Below are positions 1 through 11,507 of a DNA stretch of 63,286 nucleotides, in pieces. The notes beneath the pieces were generated by a model. The model saw nothing but the letters and a program-made list of their open reading frames with translations. It was not told where the DNA came from and did not search any database. The position numbers were made by a program, and so were the translations under genes. This DNA is from Octopus bimaculoides (Eukaryota). The first letter of the stretch is position 1; every line of letters starts with the position of its first letter. Where the stretch lies: contig NC_069010.1 of assembly GCF_001194135.2 (NCBI RefSeq), positions 9,267,112 through 9,330,397 on the forward strand, given 5' to 3'.

Positions 1-49
<49 letters not shown>

Positions 50-174
50 TCACACACATAAAGGGCTTACATTTTCCATCTACCAAATCCATTTACATCA
101 TCATCGTTATAGTTTTTTTAAAAAAATTTTTATGTTATTTCTCATTTTTGTCTTGACTATTTTTGTTCTTTCAG

Positions 175-261
175 TCACTGGAATCTTACAGAGAGACTGA
201 TTACCAGTTGATAGAAGCTGTAGTCATGTGTCTCACCCGTCTACAACCTCTATTACGACCT
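175..261 (+). CDS. NF1: Neurofibromin coding exon (window exon 1; gene continues upstream of the window)
   Basis: ttctttcag acceptor, GTAAGT donor; phase 0, 87 nt; SLESYRETDYQLIEAVVMCLTRLQPLLRP resembles human LIEATVIALTKLQPLLNK. Confidence 0.93.
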
Positions 262-559
262 GTAAGTAGCTCATATATATACACACATATATCCTCAGTC
301 AGAAAGTGAAAGCAAAACAGACTTAGTAGGACTCAAATAGTCTTATCTTAACAGCTGTTTCATAACTTGCATAATAACCATATTCATATTCCTTGTGATG
401 TATTCGCTACAGTGTGTTCCATATCTCAAGCCTACTATATATATATATATATGTATATATGCACACACACTCATATACACATAAAATCATGCACACACAC
501 AACATGTACTTAAAGTTATTAGGTAAAATTTTAAAAGTTTTTCAACTTTTATCTATTTC

Positions 560-735
560 ACTCATTAGGCTGTGGCCATGCTGGGGCACTGGTTAGAAGA
601 ACTTGAGTTGAATGAATCAACCCCAAGCATTTTTTTAAAGCCTGGTATTTATTCTGTCAGTTTCTTTTGTCGAACTGCTAAGTTATGGAGATGTAAACAT
701 AGCAACACTGGCTGTGTAGCAGTACTGTGTGTGTA
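560..735 (-). mobile_element. SINE family A, 3' half
   Basis: ggccatgctgg..cactgg..gaatcaaccccaag...ggtatttattctgtcagtttcttttgtcgaactgctaagtta; reverse complement of the tail seen at 24100-24300. Confidence 0.75.
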
Positions 736-749
736 TGTATGTATATTTT

Positions 750-791
<42 letters not shown>

Positions 792-1156
792 GGCTGCTGA
801 CTGCATCACTAGATCAAGCTGTTCCTGATAAAACAAAACAAAGAGAATGTTCCAGTTGATCCCAAATACCCTGTCTATGTGTGTGTGTGTTCTCCCCCCA
901 TGCCCACCACTTTACAATTAGTGTTGGGTTGGTTATGTCCTTGTAACTTATCAGTTCAGCAAAAAAGATTGATAAAATAAGTACCAAATAATAAGAACTC
1001 GAGTTTTGACTCCAAACCTTTCAAGGTGGTGCTCCAGCATGGCAGCATTCCAAACGAGAGGAAAAAGAAGGACAATAAAATGTGGTCCCTTTAAATAGAT
1101 TTTCCTATTTGAATTACTTTATTTATTTGTTTGTTTATTTTTCTCAAATCTTCCAG

Positions 1157-1297
1157 GAATCTCCAATCCACAAGTTTCTCTTCTGGGTGGCCATATCAGT
1201 GTTGCAACTAGATGTAAAATCTCTGTATGCTACGGGCTTGGCCCTGTTGGAGCAGAACTTACACACACTTGACAATCTCGGTCTGCTTGACAATACG
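1157..1297 (+). CDS. NF1: Neurofibromin coding exon (window exon 2)
   Basis: ttccag/GTGAGT; 141 nt; [40 protein letters not shown] matches NF1 [39 protein letters not shown]. Confidence 0.97.
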
Positions 1298-1403
1298 GTG
1301 AGTGTATATAATCTTTGAGAGAGAGAGAGAGAGGTGCCTTTTATATGCAAACAAACATAGACACACACACACATACATCAATGAACCCATACAACCTACA
1401 ACT

Positions 1404-1436
<33 letters not shown>

Positions 1437-1545
1437 ATACACATACATGACTTCACATACAATATATATATTTATATATATATCCTAAACTCTGCACCAT
1501 TGTCTCTTCCCTCTGTTCTTACCATTCTCCTGTTGTCTGTTGCAG

Positions 1546-1672
1546 TCTTTAGAAGAAATCATGATGGAGACGCGCACCCCACTGGAATGGCACTTCAAGC
1601 AGTTGGACCACTCCATGGGACTCAGCTTTAGAAATAATTTCAATTTTGCTTTAGTTGGTCACTTACTCAAAG
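1546..1672 (+). CDS. NF1: Neurofibromin coding exon (window exon 3)
   Basis: ttgcag/GTAAAC; 127 nt; [42 protein letters not shown] matches NF1 [31 protein letters not shown]. Confidence 0.97.
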
Positions 1673-1894
1673 GTAAACAAATACTCTTTGTCCCTTGGTG
1701 TTGCTGTAGATCGATAGATAGATAGACAGATATTACGAGAGAGTAAAAGAATGAAAGACAGATGGAGGATATTGCAGAATGATAGGAAGCTTGTCATTGA
1801 AATATCATGTATCTCTCTTTCTTCCCTTCTCTTTCTGTCTGTCTCTCTCTCTCTCTCTCTCACTGCATTGTTCCTTTTTACTGTCTTCCGACAG

Positions 1895-1982
1895 GGTTCC
1901 GACACACGTCTCCTACAACGGTATCTCGGACTATTCGGGTCCTGAATCAGTTACTGGTCATCACCGTGAAACCATTAAATAG
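1895..1982 (+). CDS. NF1: Neurofibromin coding exon (window exon 4)
   Basis: ccgacag/GTAGGT; 88 nt, phase 1 to 2; GFRHTSPTTVSRTIRVLNQLLVITVKPLNR resembles GYRHPSPAIVARTVRILHTLL. Confidence 0.93.
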
Positions 1983-2019
1983 GTAGGTACATCTGTTGGC
2001 TTCATCGTTATCTTCATCG

Positions 2020-2114
2020 CCATCACCATCATCGCCCCAGCCATCTTCATCACCATCATCATCATCACCATTGTCATTGTCAGCATTAGTACCACTATCA
2101 TCATCGTTATCACT

Positions 2115-2155
<41 letters not shown>

Positions 2156-2156
2156 A
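2020..2156. repeat. (CAT)n imperfect microsatellite inside a short NF1 intron
   Basis: direct reading. Confidence 0.9.
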
Positions 2157-2262
2157 ATCCAATCCTCTTTGTCCTGTACTAGTTTCTGTGAATCTATCAT
2201 TGTTATAATGTACAAACCCCTCCATTGGTTATTTTTTTTCTCTCTTTTTCCATCTCTTCCAG

Positions 2263-2306
2263 GGATAAGTTTGAAGTCACCCCTCAGACAGTTCCATATT
2301 TGGCAG
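2263..2306 (+). CDS. NF1: Neurofibromin coding exon (window exon 5)
   Basis: ctcttccag/GTATTT; 44 nt; RDKFEVTPQTVPYLA resembles CDKFEVNTQSVAYLA; phases fit both neighbours. Confidence 0.92.
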
Positions 2307-2709
2307 GTATTTTCACTTGTTTCTTCTTCTTCACACCAACTTCTCATCGTCTCTCACTTTCTCTCTTTGAATTGGTCAGTAAAAGTTTAAATGGGGCAGG
2401 AATTTTGCCATAACCATTCTTCAAGTTGCTGAGTAAGATTGAACGAAACTAGATCTCATGATCTCATTATAGAATTCCTAAATATCTCTGCTGATTTACC
2501 TCCCTTACTCCAGTCTGACTTCCTTAAAATGCTCTCTAATCCAAGCAGTGTGGTATAGCTTTGAGAAGGACAGGTCAGTGTTTAATTTCTCTGTCTCTGT
2601 AGAATATTACACAATCAAATAAGCAATGGATTAACATGCGTGATGACAGAATTTTGGAATTTACCAATCTATCTGAAACCTGTGTAAGCTGATTAAAGAT
2701 GCATAATTC

Positions 2710-3062
2710 AACGACTGGCACCCATGCCAACCTCTCCTTCACTAAACTCGGCTTGCGAGGACCTGTTGGGGCAAGTGAAATCGAAATCTGGATGGCACGA
2801 GCACCGTCTGAGCGTGATCATTGCCAGAGCAATGTCTGGCTTCCATGCTAGTGGCACGTAAGTAGCACCATTTGAGCATGATTGTTACCAGCGTCACCTT
2901 ACTGGCACGTGAAAAAACGTCCGAGCGAGGTTGTTGCCAGTGCCGCTGGACTGGCTCCTGTGCAGGTGGCATGTAAAAAACACCATTTTGAGCGTGGCCG
3001 TTGCCAGTACCGCCTGACTGGCCCTCGTGCCAGTGGCACGTAAAAACACCCAAATGATCATG
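2710..3062 (+). mobile_element. RTE LINE 3' UTR internal fragment
   Basis: acgactggcacccatgccaac..aaactcggcttgc..ggggcaagtgaaatc is shared with the UTR at 48765-48850. Confidence 0.7.
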
Positions 3063-3410
3063 TCTCCACAGCATGAAACTATTAGTAGCTCTTTTTTAAA
3101 TTGTGTATATTATATGGGATATATTTGTGTGTGTATTACCCCACATCCCTCTTGCAGCCACACAGCTTTTTTTTTGTTGTTTATGTATATTTTAATTTGT
3201 TGTGTTTATTTTCATCATTGTCCTGTGCATTGTTAGCCATTCCCAATATCAACGTTAAAGGACATGAAACTGTAATGATTTTTTGGATGTTGACTGATGG
3301 AATTAGCTACAAATTTTCTGTTGATGTTTTTGTAAAATTTTTGAAATGTGTGTGTGTGTGTGTGTAATGATTTTCAGTGATGTAGCTTTCTCTCTTTTGT
3401 TCTTTTTCAG

Positions 3411-3709
3411 CATTGGTTTCTGTGTCCGAAGAGGTCCGCAGTCGATGTCATCTGAAGCATCGGGTCAGCCAGTATGTGATGACCGACTCACCGTCCTCGG
3501 ACAGCATCAATGCTGCTGAGCCAGAAACGCCGAACACGAGCATCGGACCCAGTGCGTCGGCGCACTCCATGTCTTCGCCCTCCATCCAGACGCCCGCCAA
3601 CGCCCAGCCCTCCATAACACCTGTCACTCGTCGCCAGAAGAGCTGGGACATTCTTGATAAGAGCGCCATCTCTGTGGCCAGGAACAACACACATTTGATG
3701 CAAAATCAG
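3411..3709 (+). CDS. NF1: Neurofibromin coding exon (window exon 6)
   Basis: ctttttcag/GTACAT; 299 nt; ALVSVSEEVRSRCHLKHR matches ALLTVSEEVRSRCSLKHR, followed by a Ser/Pro-rich linker containing RRQKSWD. Confidence 0.93.
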
Positions 3710-3827
3710 GTACATTTTGCCTCGTTGCCCCTCCCCTCCATACTCCTTGTTTATTTGTACTGGTCTTCACATCACTCCTTACTTAGGGTCTTTACAAAGC
3801 CCCATGTAATCACTGGTACAGCTGATA

Positions 3828-3953
3828 TGTGATGGAAGACATCTCCCAACCATGTGGTTTTGGGGTCAGTCCCTCTGTGTCTTTGTTTATTGCCCTGAGC
3901 TGACCAAAAACCCTTTCAGTGGATTTGCTAGATGGAAACTGAGAGAAGCCTGT

Positions 3954-3989
<36 letters not shown>

Positions 3990-4335
3990 ATGTGGCACCT
4001 TGGGCAAGTGGCTGTGTGGTAAGAAGTTTACCTCCCAACCACATGGTTCCTGGTTCAGTCCTACTCTGTGGCACCTTGGGCTCCACAATACAACGGCCAA
4101 GTGGACTTGGTAGACTGAGACTAAAAGAAGCTCATCATCGTATGTGTGTTGTTTGTCCCATCGTTTGACACAACCAGTGTTGCTTTGTTTATGTTCCTGT
4201 AACTTTGCCCTTCAGCAAAATAAACCAGTGCAATAAGTACCAGGCTTCAAAACAAAGTCCTGGGCGTTGATTTGTTCTCCTAGACCCCTTAGGGTTGCGC
4301 CCCAGCATGGTCGCAGTCTGATGACTGGAAAAAGA
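3828..4335 (+). mobile_element. SINE family A with a duplicated/rearranged head
   Basis: two head segments (ccaaccatgtggtt..tcagtcc and gtggctgtgtggtaagaagtt..ggttcagtcc), central (TA)n, tail ending cccagcatggtcgcagtctgatgactggaa. Confidence 0.75.
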
Positions 4336-4516
4336 ACTCCCCTACTTTTGTGTATTTGTTTCAGGCAATTCGAATGACTACACACCGAGTCCCCTAAGTT
4401 GTTTGTGGGTGTTTTGTTGTTGTTGCTATAAACCCCAGGTTAGTCCTGGTCAAAAGAACTCTAGCGTTAAAGACACTCCAACCATGACCACCCTACATGG
4501 AGGCTAGACCTGACTT

Positions 4517-4990
4517 GACTGCTATTTCTGCCAGGCTTAGCCTCCATGTAGACATCTCTCTCATTGGCTCACACATACATAGATACATAGATAAGACAGA
4601 GGGGTGTGATTTGAGGAAGATTTGGTTGCTATTTCTAGCATCTCTAGCTACCATGTAGAGGTCTCCCTCATTGTCTCATACATACATATATACATAGATA
4701 AGAGAGTAGGGTGTGATTTGAGGGAGATTTGACTGCTATTTCTAGCAGGTCTAGCTACCATGTAGAGGTCTCCCTCATTGGCTCATGCATACATATATAC
4801 ATACATGAAAGAGTAGGGTGTGATTTGAGGGGGATTTGGCTACTATTTCTACTAGGTCTTGCTACCATGCAGAGGTCTCCCACATTGGTTCATACGTATA
4901 TACATAGATAAGAGAGTAGGGTGTGATTTGAGGGAGATTTGGCTGCTATTTCTATCAGGTCAAGCCACCATGTAGAAGTCTCCCTTGTTT
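4517..4990. repeat. Tandem array, about 107-bp period, 4-5 units, of a dispersed element core
   Basis: gtgtgatttgag recurs at 4604, 4711, 4818, 4921; the same core is dispersed at about 17830, 19600-19790, 20700-20820. Confidence 0.85.
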
Positions 4991-5300
4991 ATTTGCATGT
5001 TAACATTATATTCTCCTTGTTCCTTTGTGGTTCGCTTCAAAATTGTAAAGAGATCTGTCTTGTCACCTGAAAATTTCAAAAAGTGTATATATGTATATAT
5101 ATATATATATATATATAATAGAAATAGGTTTCAAAGAGAAAAATAAACTACACGTGGTAGATATATGGAGATAATAAGAAGAAAAAAGCAAAAATGCACA
5201 TTGGATATATATATATATATACACACACACAAACACATACATACTCACATAGTGATCATTTAATGCATACTCATGTATGTATATATATATACATATATAT

Positions 5301-5550
5301 CATCATCATCATCATCGTTTAACGTCCGCTTTCCATGCTAGCATGGGTTGGACGACTTGACTGAGGACTGGTGAAACCGCATGGCAACACCAGGCTCCAA
5401 TCTAACTTGGCAGAGTTTCTACAGCTGGATGCCCTTCCTAACGCCAACCACTCAGAGAGTGTAGTGGGTGCTTTTACGTTTCACCCGCACGAAATGGTGT
5501 CTTTTATGTTCCACCCGCACAAGAGCCAGTCCAGGGGCACTGGCAACGAT
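5301..5550 (-). mobile_element. 5'-truncated RTE 3' end with (GAT)n tail
   Basis: (cat)n cgtttaacgtccgctttccatgctagcatgggttggacg... nearly identical to other copies. Confidence 0.9.
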
Positions 5551-5899
5551 ATACACACATATATGTGTGTGTGTATTTACATATTCCATCTGTGCCAATT
5601 GGGTTTGTGTTACTGAGTCATGAGTGGTAGAAGTTTTAGTAGTAGTAGCAATAGTAGTAGTAATAGTAGCAGTAGTAATAGTAGTTGTAGTTGCAGCAGT
5701 AGTAGCAGTCGTGGCAGCTGTAGTTATTCATTGACTGTGAACTTTGGTGTGAAACGGTTCTGTAAACGAGTAAATTCCACATCTGCAGAAAACGACATGT
5801 GTACCAAAGAGGTGCAGCAGTCTCAGAATGGGGCACCAGAGCAGCATCAAATGAATGTGTGTGTGTGTGTGTGTGTGTGTGATATGTAACTTATGAAAG

Positions 5900-6152
5900 G
5901 GATGCTCTCCTTCAAAGAAATAAGATCCTTCCTGGGTCACAGAGACTGCCGAGGCTGGTTCCCCTGTTTCCCCTTGGCTGGGACCCCACTCCATCACAGG
6001 ATGATGTACTTTTGCCAGCTGAATGATCTGGGGTAACATGAAATGAAGTGTTTGACTAAAGGACCCAATGCATTGCCCGGTCCAGGAATCGAAACCACAA
6101 TCTTACGATCATGAGTCCACCACCCTGTCCACTAAACCATGTGCCTCCACTA
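5900..6152 (-). mobile_element. SINE family C (tRNA-like head); related copies at about 11830-12125 and 21055-21162
   Basis: reverse complement gtggaggcacatggtttagtgg..ggactcatgatcgtaagattgtggtttcgattcc followed by a non-tRNA core (caaaacacttcatttcatgtt). Confidence 0.7.
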
Positions 6153-6756
6153 CAAAGGAACAAACACTGTCTGTATTGAGTCCTTCTCTCGTTTCTACAC
6201 TTCTTATATTTCTGTTTGCAATGTCAGTATGCATGTGATGGGGTTACTCTGCTCCAAAATGGATTGGAAGCCCATCTCTTGCTCCTACTTTTCATTTTAA
6301 GTGTGATTGGATGCCCTCTTTAACACCAAACCCTTCACTCTGTGTCCTAGGTGTATTGGCTCCTGTTTAAAGAGTTCTCTCATCCTTTCATTGTGTCAAC
6401 TCAATTTACAGTGTGTCCTTGGGATCATTTTATTGTGCCAGCGCTATTGAGGTCAAGTTTGGGCCCTTTCAGGGCTAAAGAGCCCTCACTGCTCTCTGAT
6501 GTATGTGTGAGTTGAGGGTTACATGAACAAGTGTGTGAGTGGAAGGGAATGGGTGAAAGAAGGCTGTGTGGATGAGTGAGACACAGAGTGGGAGTGATAG
6601 ATGAGTGAGAGTGATATCAGTGATGGAGCATGATGCAGAGCAGGTGGCAAGGAAACAGGGAGTTGTGAGGGGAGAGGAACCACAAGTAGTCTCTAACACT
6701 AACAACATTTTGGTATTCATTGCTCTAGTCTGGTAGAGTTGTGTGTGTGTGTGTGC

Positions 6757-6787
<31 letters not shown>

Positions 6788-7594
6788 AGCAGCCAGTGTG
6801 CAAAACCAATTAAGGAAAAAAATTAATCCAAAGTACGTGGGTTGATGCTGACCATGAACTCATTAATGATACACGACTAAACCTTTTTAAAAGGAATTTC
6901 TCCTTTGTTCATTCCTTAGAAGTCGGTGCCTCTATGTATTTGTTGAAGTAGTCCCCTTCCAGCGTGTGGCTTTACTTGCAGTAAATAGCCATTGATATAA
7001 TAATGTATATATCTGTATATGTATATGATATATACCCATTTATAAGTATATGTGATATACATTATATCTATATACATATATACATTTACATACACATACA
7101 CACACACACACTCACACACATATATGGTTGTATCACAAAGCTTTCCTGGTTTGCATTGTAGAGTTTTTGGTTGCTGCCAAGGGAGCCCTCCTTCGATGGG
7201 GGTTCAGCGAACAAGAGGGCACAGCTCCAGGTAATGTGGCCACCTCCACTTCAGCCAGCACTGCATCCCTCTTTTGCATAAATGCATGCATGCACATACT
7301 GTTCACATGCACACATGCACGCACACATAGAAATATATGTGTGTGTGTATCGAACTCTCTATCTGTGGACATAAATACACGTCTGTATGGGGGTATATAT
7401 GTATATGTGGATGTATGTATATATACACGTGTGTGTGTATATATCAAATGTAGATGTAGCTGCATATTTTTATTTGAATGTTTGTCCATTTATGTGCATC
7501 GGGATATGTATATTAATATATAAGTGTGTGTTCATATATATACATACACACACACATGCGCACATATACATATGTGTGTATATGCATGGATATA

Positions 7595-7640
<46 letters not shown>

Positions 7641-7698
7641 TACATATATATATGTGTATCTTTGTGTATATTTATGTGTGTGTATCTGTGTATATATA

Positions 7699-7729
<31 letters not shown>

Positions 7730-8340
7730 GGGTTTTTTTCTTTCTTCTGATTTTTGCACTCTGTTCATTTTCTTTCTTATAATCACAGCTGTTTCTTATT
7801 ATGATTGTTGTGCTTATTTTTGTTGGCACCGTCCTCACCACCATCACCACCGTCATCATTGTCATCACTGTTACATTCATGCATTAATTGTTTATATTCT
7901 GGAAATGACCAATTTGATTTGTTTCCAGTGTTTTTGAATCTCGTCTGCCCAAGTCTAAATGATTAGTTTTCTGTTTTAAGAATGCATTCAATTTGACAAC
8001 CGGTGTTGGTTCGTTTACCTTCCTGTAACATAAGTGGTTCAGTGAAAGGCACTGATAGAATAAGTACCAGGCTCACAAAAAATAAAGGAGTGGAGTCAAG
8101 ACAGTGCCCCAGCATGGCCACAGTCAAATGACTGAAACAGGCAAAGGGTAAAAGATATATATCGATAAAATATATTGCCCCAATATCAACCAGTCAGAGT
8201 AATGGACGCCAGAGGATCCAAATAGGGGCTAATGGCTGGTTGGCTCCCTGCCATATTTGAATGCATGTATCTATAATAAATGGAAGAGAGGAATTTCACC
8301 TGTGTCTATGCTACAATTTCATTCAAGATCCTTAGACAAC

Positions 8341-8342
8341 AC

Positions 8343-8387
<45 letters not shown>
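8341..8387. repeat. (TAG)n microsatellite
   Basis: direct reading. Confidence 0.95.
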
Positions 8388-8757
8388 CAACAGTCTAAAG
8401 TTATTGTTTTGTGTGTGTGTGTGTGTGTGGTGATTTCAATCAGCGGCGTCACATGTGCCATGATGTAACCCATCTCGTGATTCTCATGTAATTTTTTTGA
8501 CATCTTTAAATTTTATTTCTCTCTGCTTGGATATTTCCCATTAAGGTAACTCATATTTCTATCCTATTTTTATTCTATTCATATTATTTCATTCTAAACC
8601 TGACGTTTTTGTTTAAAGAAAAACTGGAAAAGCTCCATTTCTTGTGTCTTTCCAAATAGATTTATAATTTTTTTTCTTCTTGAAACCTCTTCATCTCCCA
8701 ACCTTTTATGGCGTCCATTTTCCATTTTCTATTTCCTCTCTGTTTCCTTTTCTGCAG

Positions 8758-8994
8758 GTGAACAGTCCCAAAGTTTGGCGTAGCTTTGATGCAGATTCTT
8801 CCACCCGGCCGCCATTGTTTAAGACTCGTAGCAGTTCCATGCCAACCCCAGGCTCAAAGAAGTTAGACAGCTCCAAGTCCGGCTTGAACTTGCCGCGCAG
8901 CGGACGTGGATCGGTGTCGAATGAAAACAACGTGTTGCTAGATCCTGAAGTGCTGACAGGTTACGATACACAAGTCCTCGTACTCACTGTCTTG
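8758..8994 (+). CDS. NF1: Neurofibromin coding exon (window exon 7)
   Basis: tttctgcag/GTAAGT; 237 nt, phase 0; ends SVSNENNVLLDPEVLTGYDTQVLVLTVL, matching SVSESNVLLDEEVLTDPKIQALLLTVL. Confidence 0.95.
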
Positions 8995-9683
8995 GTAAGT
9001 ACTCACATCATCATCATCATCTACATCAGTGGTTCTCAACCTTTTTTTTTCCTATGGACCGCTTTGATTACTATTTTACTTAGCTGGACTCTCATGCCCA
9101 TTCCTTGATTAACCCTTTAGCATTTAAACCAGCCATATTTTTCTATTAGATCTAGCTTCTTGCACCTATCTGACATTGTCATTGTAAAAATATGCATTCC
9201 CATCTTTGAAATCTCAAAGCTATGAGATAATTCAGGATTAATTCCAAAGAATGTCAGGGAATAAGCATGGCATTCAGGAGACCAATCTGAATGCTAAACG
9301 GTTAAAAAAAATTCTATTTATTTAATTATAAATGAAATATTCTTAGGAATTGTATAAAAAAGGTTGTTCAAATATTTTGTGTACTCAAGAAGTAGAACCA
9401 TGTTTTTGCATGAGTCTTGCTGGAGAATTTTCTCCCGGGCCTCTTCTTGCAGTGAAAGATCTTGTTCAGAGCTGATTACAGTCAACCATGTGTGAAATGT
9501 GACTTTACACAAATATATCTTATTCACAGCTACTCCATGCAACATTATTTATATATGGATGTCCATTTTCATACTGCCTTCTCATTCTCTGTCTGTCTTC
9601 TGTCTTTCTCTCTCCCCCACCACCACCACACTTAAACACAAATGTAACTCAGCCATAAAAATGTCAGCAGATATGACAGGTGA

Positions 9684-10132
9684 ATCATCATCATCATCAT
9701 CATCATCATCGTTTAACGTCCGCTTTCCATGCTAGCATGGGTTGGACGATTTGACTGAGGACTGGTGAAACCGGATGGCAACACCAGGCTCCAGTCTGAT
9801 TTGGCAGAGTTTCTACAGCTGGATGCCCTTCCTAACGCCAACCACTCAGAGAGTGTAGTGGGTGCTTTTACGTGTCACCCGCACGAAAACGGCCACGCTC
9901 GAAATGGTGTCTTTTATGTGCCACCCGCACAAGCCAGTCCAGGGGCACTGGCAACGATCTCGCTCGAAAATCCTACAGGAGCCAGTCAGGCGGTACTGGC
10001 AACGGCCACGCTCAAAATGGTGCATCTCATGTGCCACCCGCACAAGAACCAGTCCAGGGGCACTGGCAACGATCTTACTTGGCTTGCCGGGTCTTCTCAC
10101 GCACAGCACATTTCCAAAGGTCTCGGTCAGTA
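9684..10132 (-). mobile_element. 5'-truncated RTE 3' end reaching the last codons of the ORF
   Basis: (cat)n tail, modular UTR, ends in the reverse complement of gaccgagacctttggaaatgtgctgtgcgtgagaagacccggcaagcc (DRDLWKCAVREKTRQA). Confidence 0.9.
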
Positions 10133-10375
10133 GTGAATATCTTTATTTAATCATTTGTCATCCTTAGGATTATGGTTTATATTCTCCTCATGAAATAATC
10201 TCATCGAACAGATCTCCTGGATTCCTGCTGCATGGAACTCTACATTATACTCTTCTGTATTAGAAATACTTTGTGGTCTGTTAGCCAAATTCACTGGAGG
10301 AGCTTTCTATGATAACTACATGATTTTATGAATCCATGTATTAAACCACAAAAATATTGATCTCTTTCTCAACAG

Positions 10376-10476
10376 GCAACTTTGGTCCGTAACACAACAG
10401 ATGAAAATGAAGCTCGAATATTGTATGAATATTTAGCAGAGGCGTCGGTTGTCTTTCCTCGTGTTTTTCCTGTGAT
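10376..10476 (+). CDS. NF1: Neurofibromin coding exon (window exon 8)
   Basis: ctcaacag/GTAAGT; 101 nt; ATLVRNTTDENEARILYEYLAEASVVFPRVFPV matches ATLVKYTTDEFDQRILYEYLAEASVVFPKVFPV. Confidence 0.97.
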
Positions 10477-10944
10477 GTAAGTAGAAACCTCATTCATGAT
10501 CCGACCCCCTATCTGTTTCACCCCACCCCCCACTCTGCATTTCTGTGTTTGTAGGGGATGGAGTCATGAAGGCATTCAAATTGTGTGTGGATTTATTGTC
10601 AGTTCCAGAGAAATTGTCGAGAGTCTTGAGTCTTACTGAAACCAATTCCTATATCCATAGATGGAGGCTCTTTCTGCTGCCTCTCTCATCCTCTGCTCTG
10701 GAGCTACCCTTCGCCCTTTTTCTCTTCATCCTCCATACCAAGTGGGCTGGGAATCCTCTCCTGCCATGACTGCCCTCCCTTCTCCCTGCAACCCAGCAGA
10801 AGCTTCCCTTACTTGGTGTGCTTCTCTTTGTAGGGTTTCTCACCCTTCTTCCAACACGACTCTAAGCTCAATCAATATAGAGAGAATATTTATACATGTG
10901 TGTGTGTGTGTGTGTAAATATATGTATGTACATATGTATATATA

Positions 10945-11222
10945 TTGTTTCAGTCATTAGACTTTGGCCATGCTGGAGCACCACTTTGAAGAATTTTTAG
11001 TTGAATGTATCCACCCCAGTACTGTTTTTTTTATAAGCATAGTACTTGTTCTATTGGTCTCTTTTGCTGAAAAGCTAAGTTACAGGGACATAAACACACC
11101 AGCACCAGTTGCCAAGTAGTGGAGGTGGTGGGCAAGCACAGACACAAAGACACACACACACACAATGGGCTTCTTTCAGTTTCCATCTACCAAATCCACT
11201 CACAAAACTTTGGTCAGCCTGA
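10945..11222 (-). mobile_element. SINE family A
   Basis: ttcagtcattagactttggccatgctggagcacc...gggcttctttcagtttccatctaccaaatccactcacaa. Confidence 0.8.
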
Positions 11223-11367
11223 GAAGGAATAGGGTTCAGACCATCAGAGGAAACTGCATTGACTCAAGTTATAGTTTTCAGTTGAAACAATTAACTGTCC
11301 CCTAATCGGGGTTGTTTGATGTTTCCATTGGCTAATTCTGTCATCTTTTCTCGTTCTTCCATTGCAG

Positions 11368-11507
11368 ACATAGTCTCCTTGATGCCAAAATCAATTCGGT
11401 GTTATCGTTAAGCCAAGACCAGGCTATCCTAAACGCCGTACAAAGCATCATCCAAAATATGATTGCCTGCGAGGATTCTTCCCAGCAGCAGCTGTCGTTT
11501 CTCCAGA
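11368..11507 (+). CDS. NF1: Neurofibromin coding exon (window exon 9)
   Basis: cattgcag/GTATGT; 140 nt; HSLLDAKINSVLSLSQDQAILNAVQSIIQNM matches HNLLDSKINTLLSLCQDPNLLNPIHGIVQSV. Confidence 0.96.

Noticed and set aside
4365-4397. Possible extra NF1 exon after ttgtttcag
   Set aside because: Phase-0 reading hits TAA after 10 codons (AIRMTTHRVP*), there is no good donor, and exons 6 and 7 join in frame without it
5990-6152. tRNA-like sequences with A/B boxes (also heads at 23966, 24591, 36137, 50805)
   Set aside because: Each continues into a shared SINE core, lacks a complete acceptor stem, and is multi-copy and diverged; SINE heads, not tRNA genes
6906-6990. Minus-strand SHTLEGDYFNKYI, resembling a mariner transposase C-terminus (GDYFE)
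   Set aside because: Single short motif with no TIR identified
7387-7937. Long ORFs rich in YI/CV/HT dipeptides (also 12946-13305, 19090-19695, 25809-26562, 32498-32861, 38124-38558)
   Set aside because: Translations of (AT)n/(GT)n/(AC)n microsatellites; no domain content or splice support
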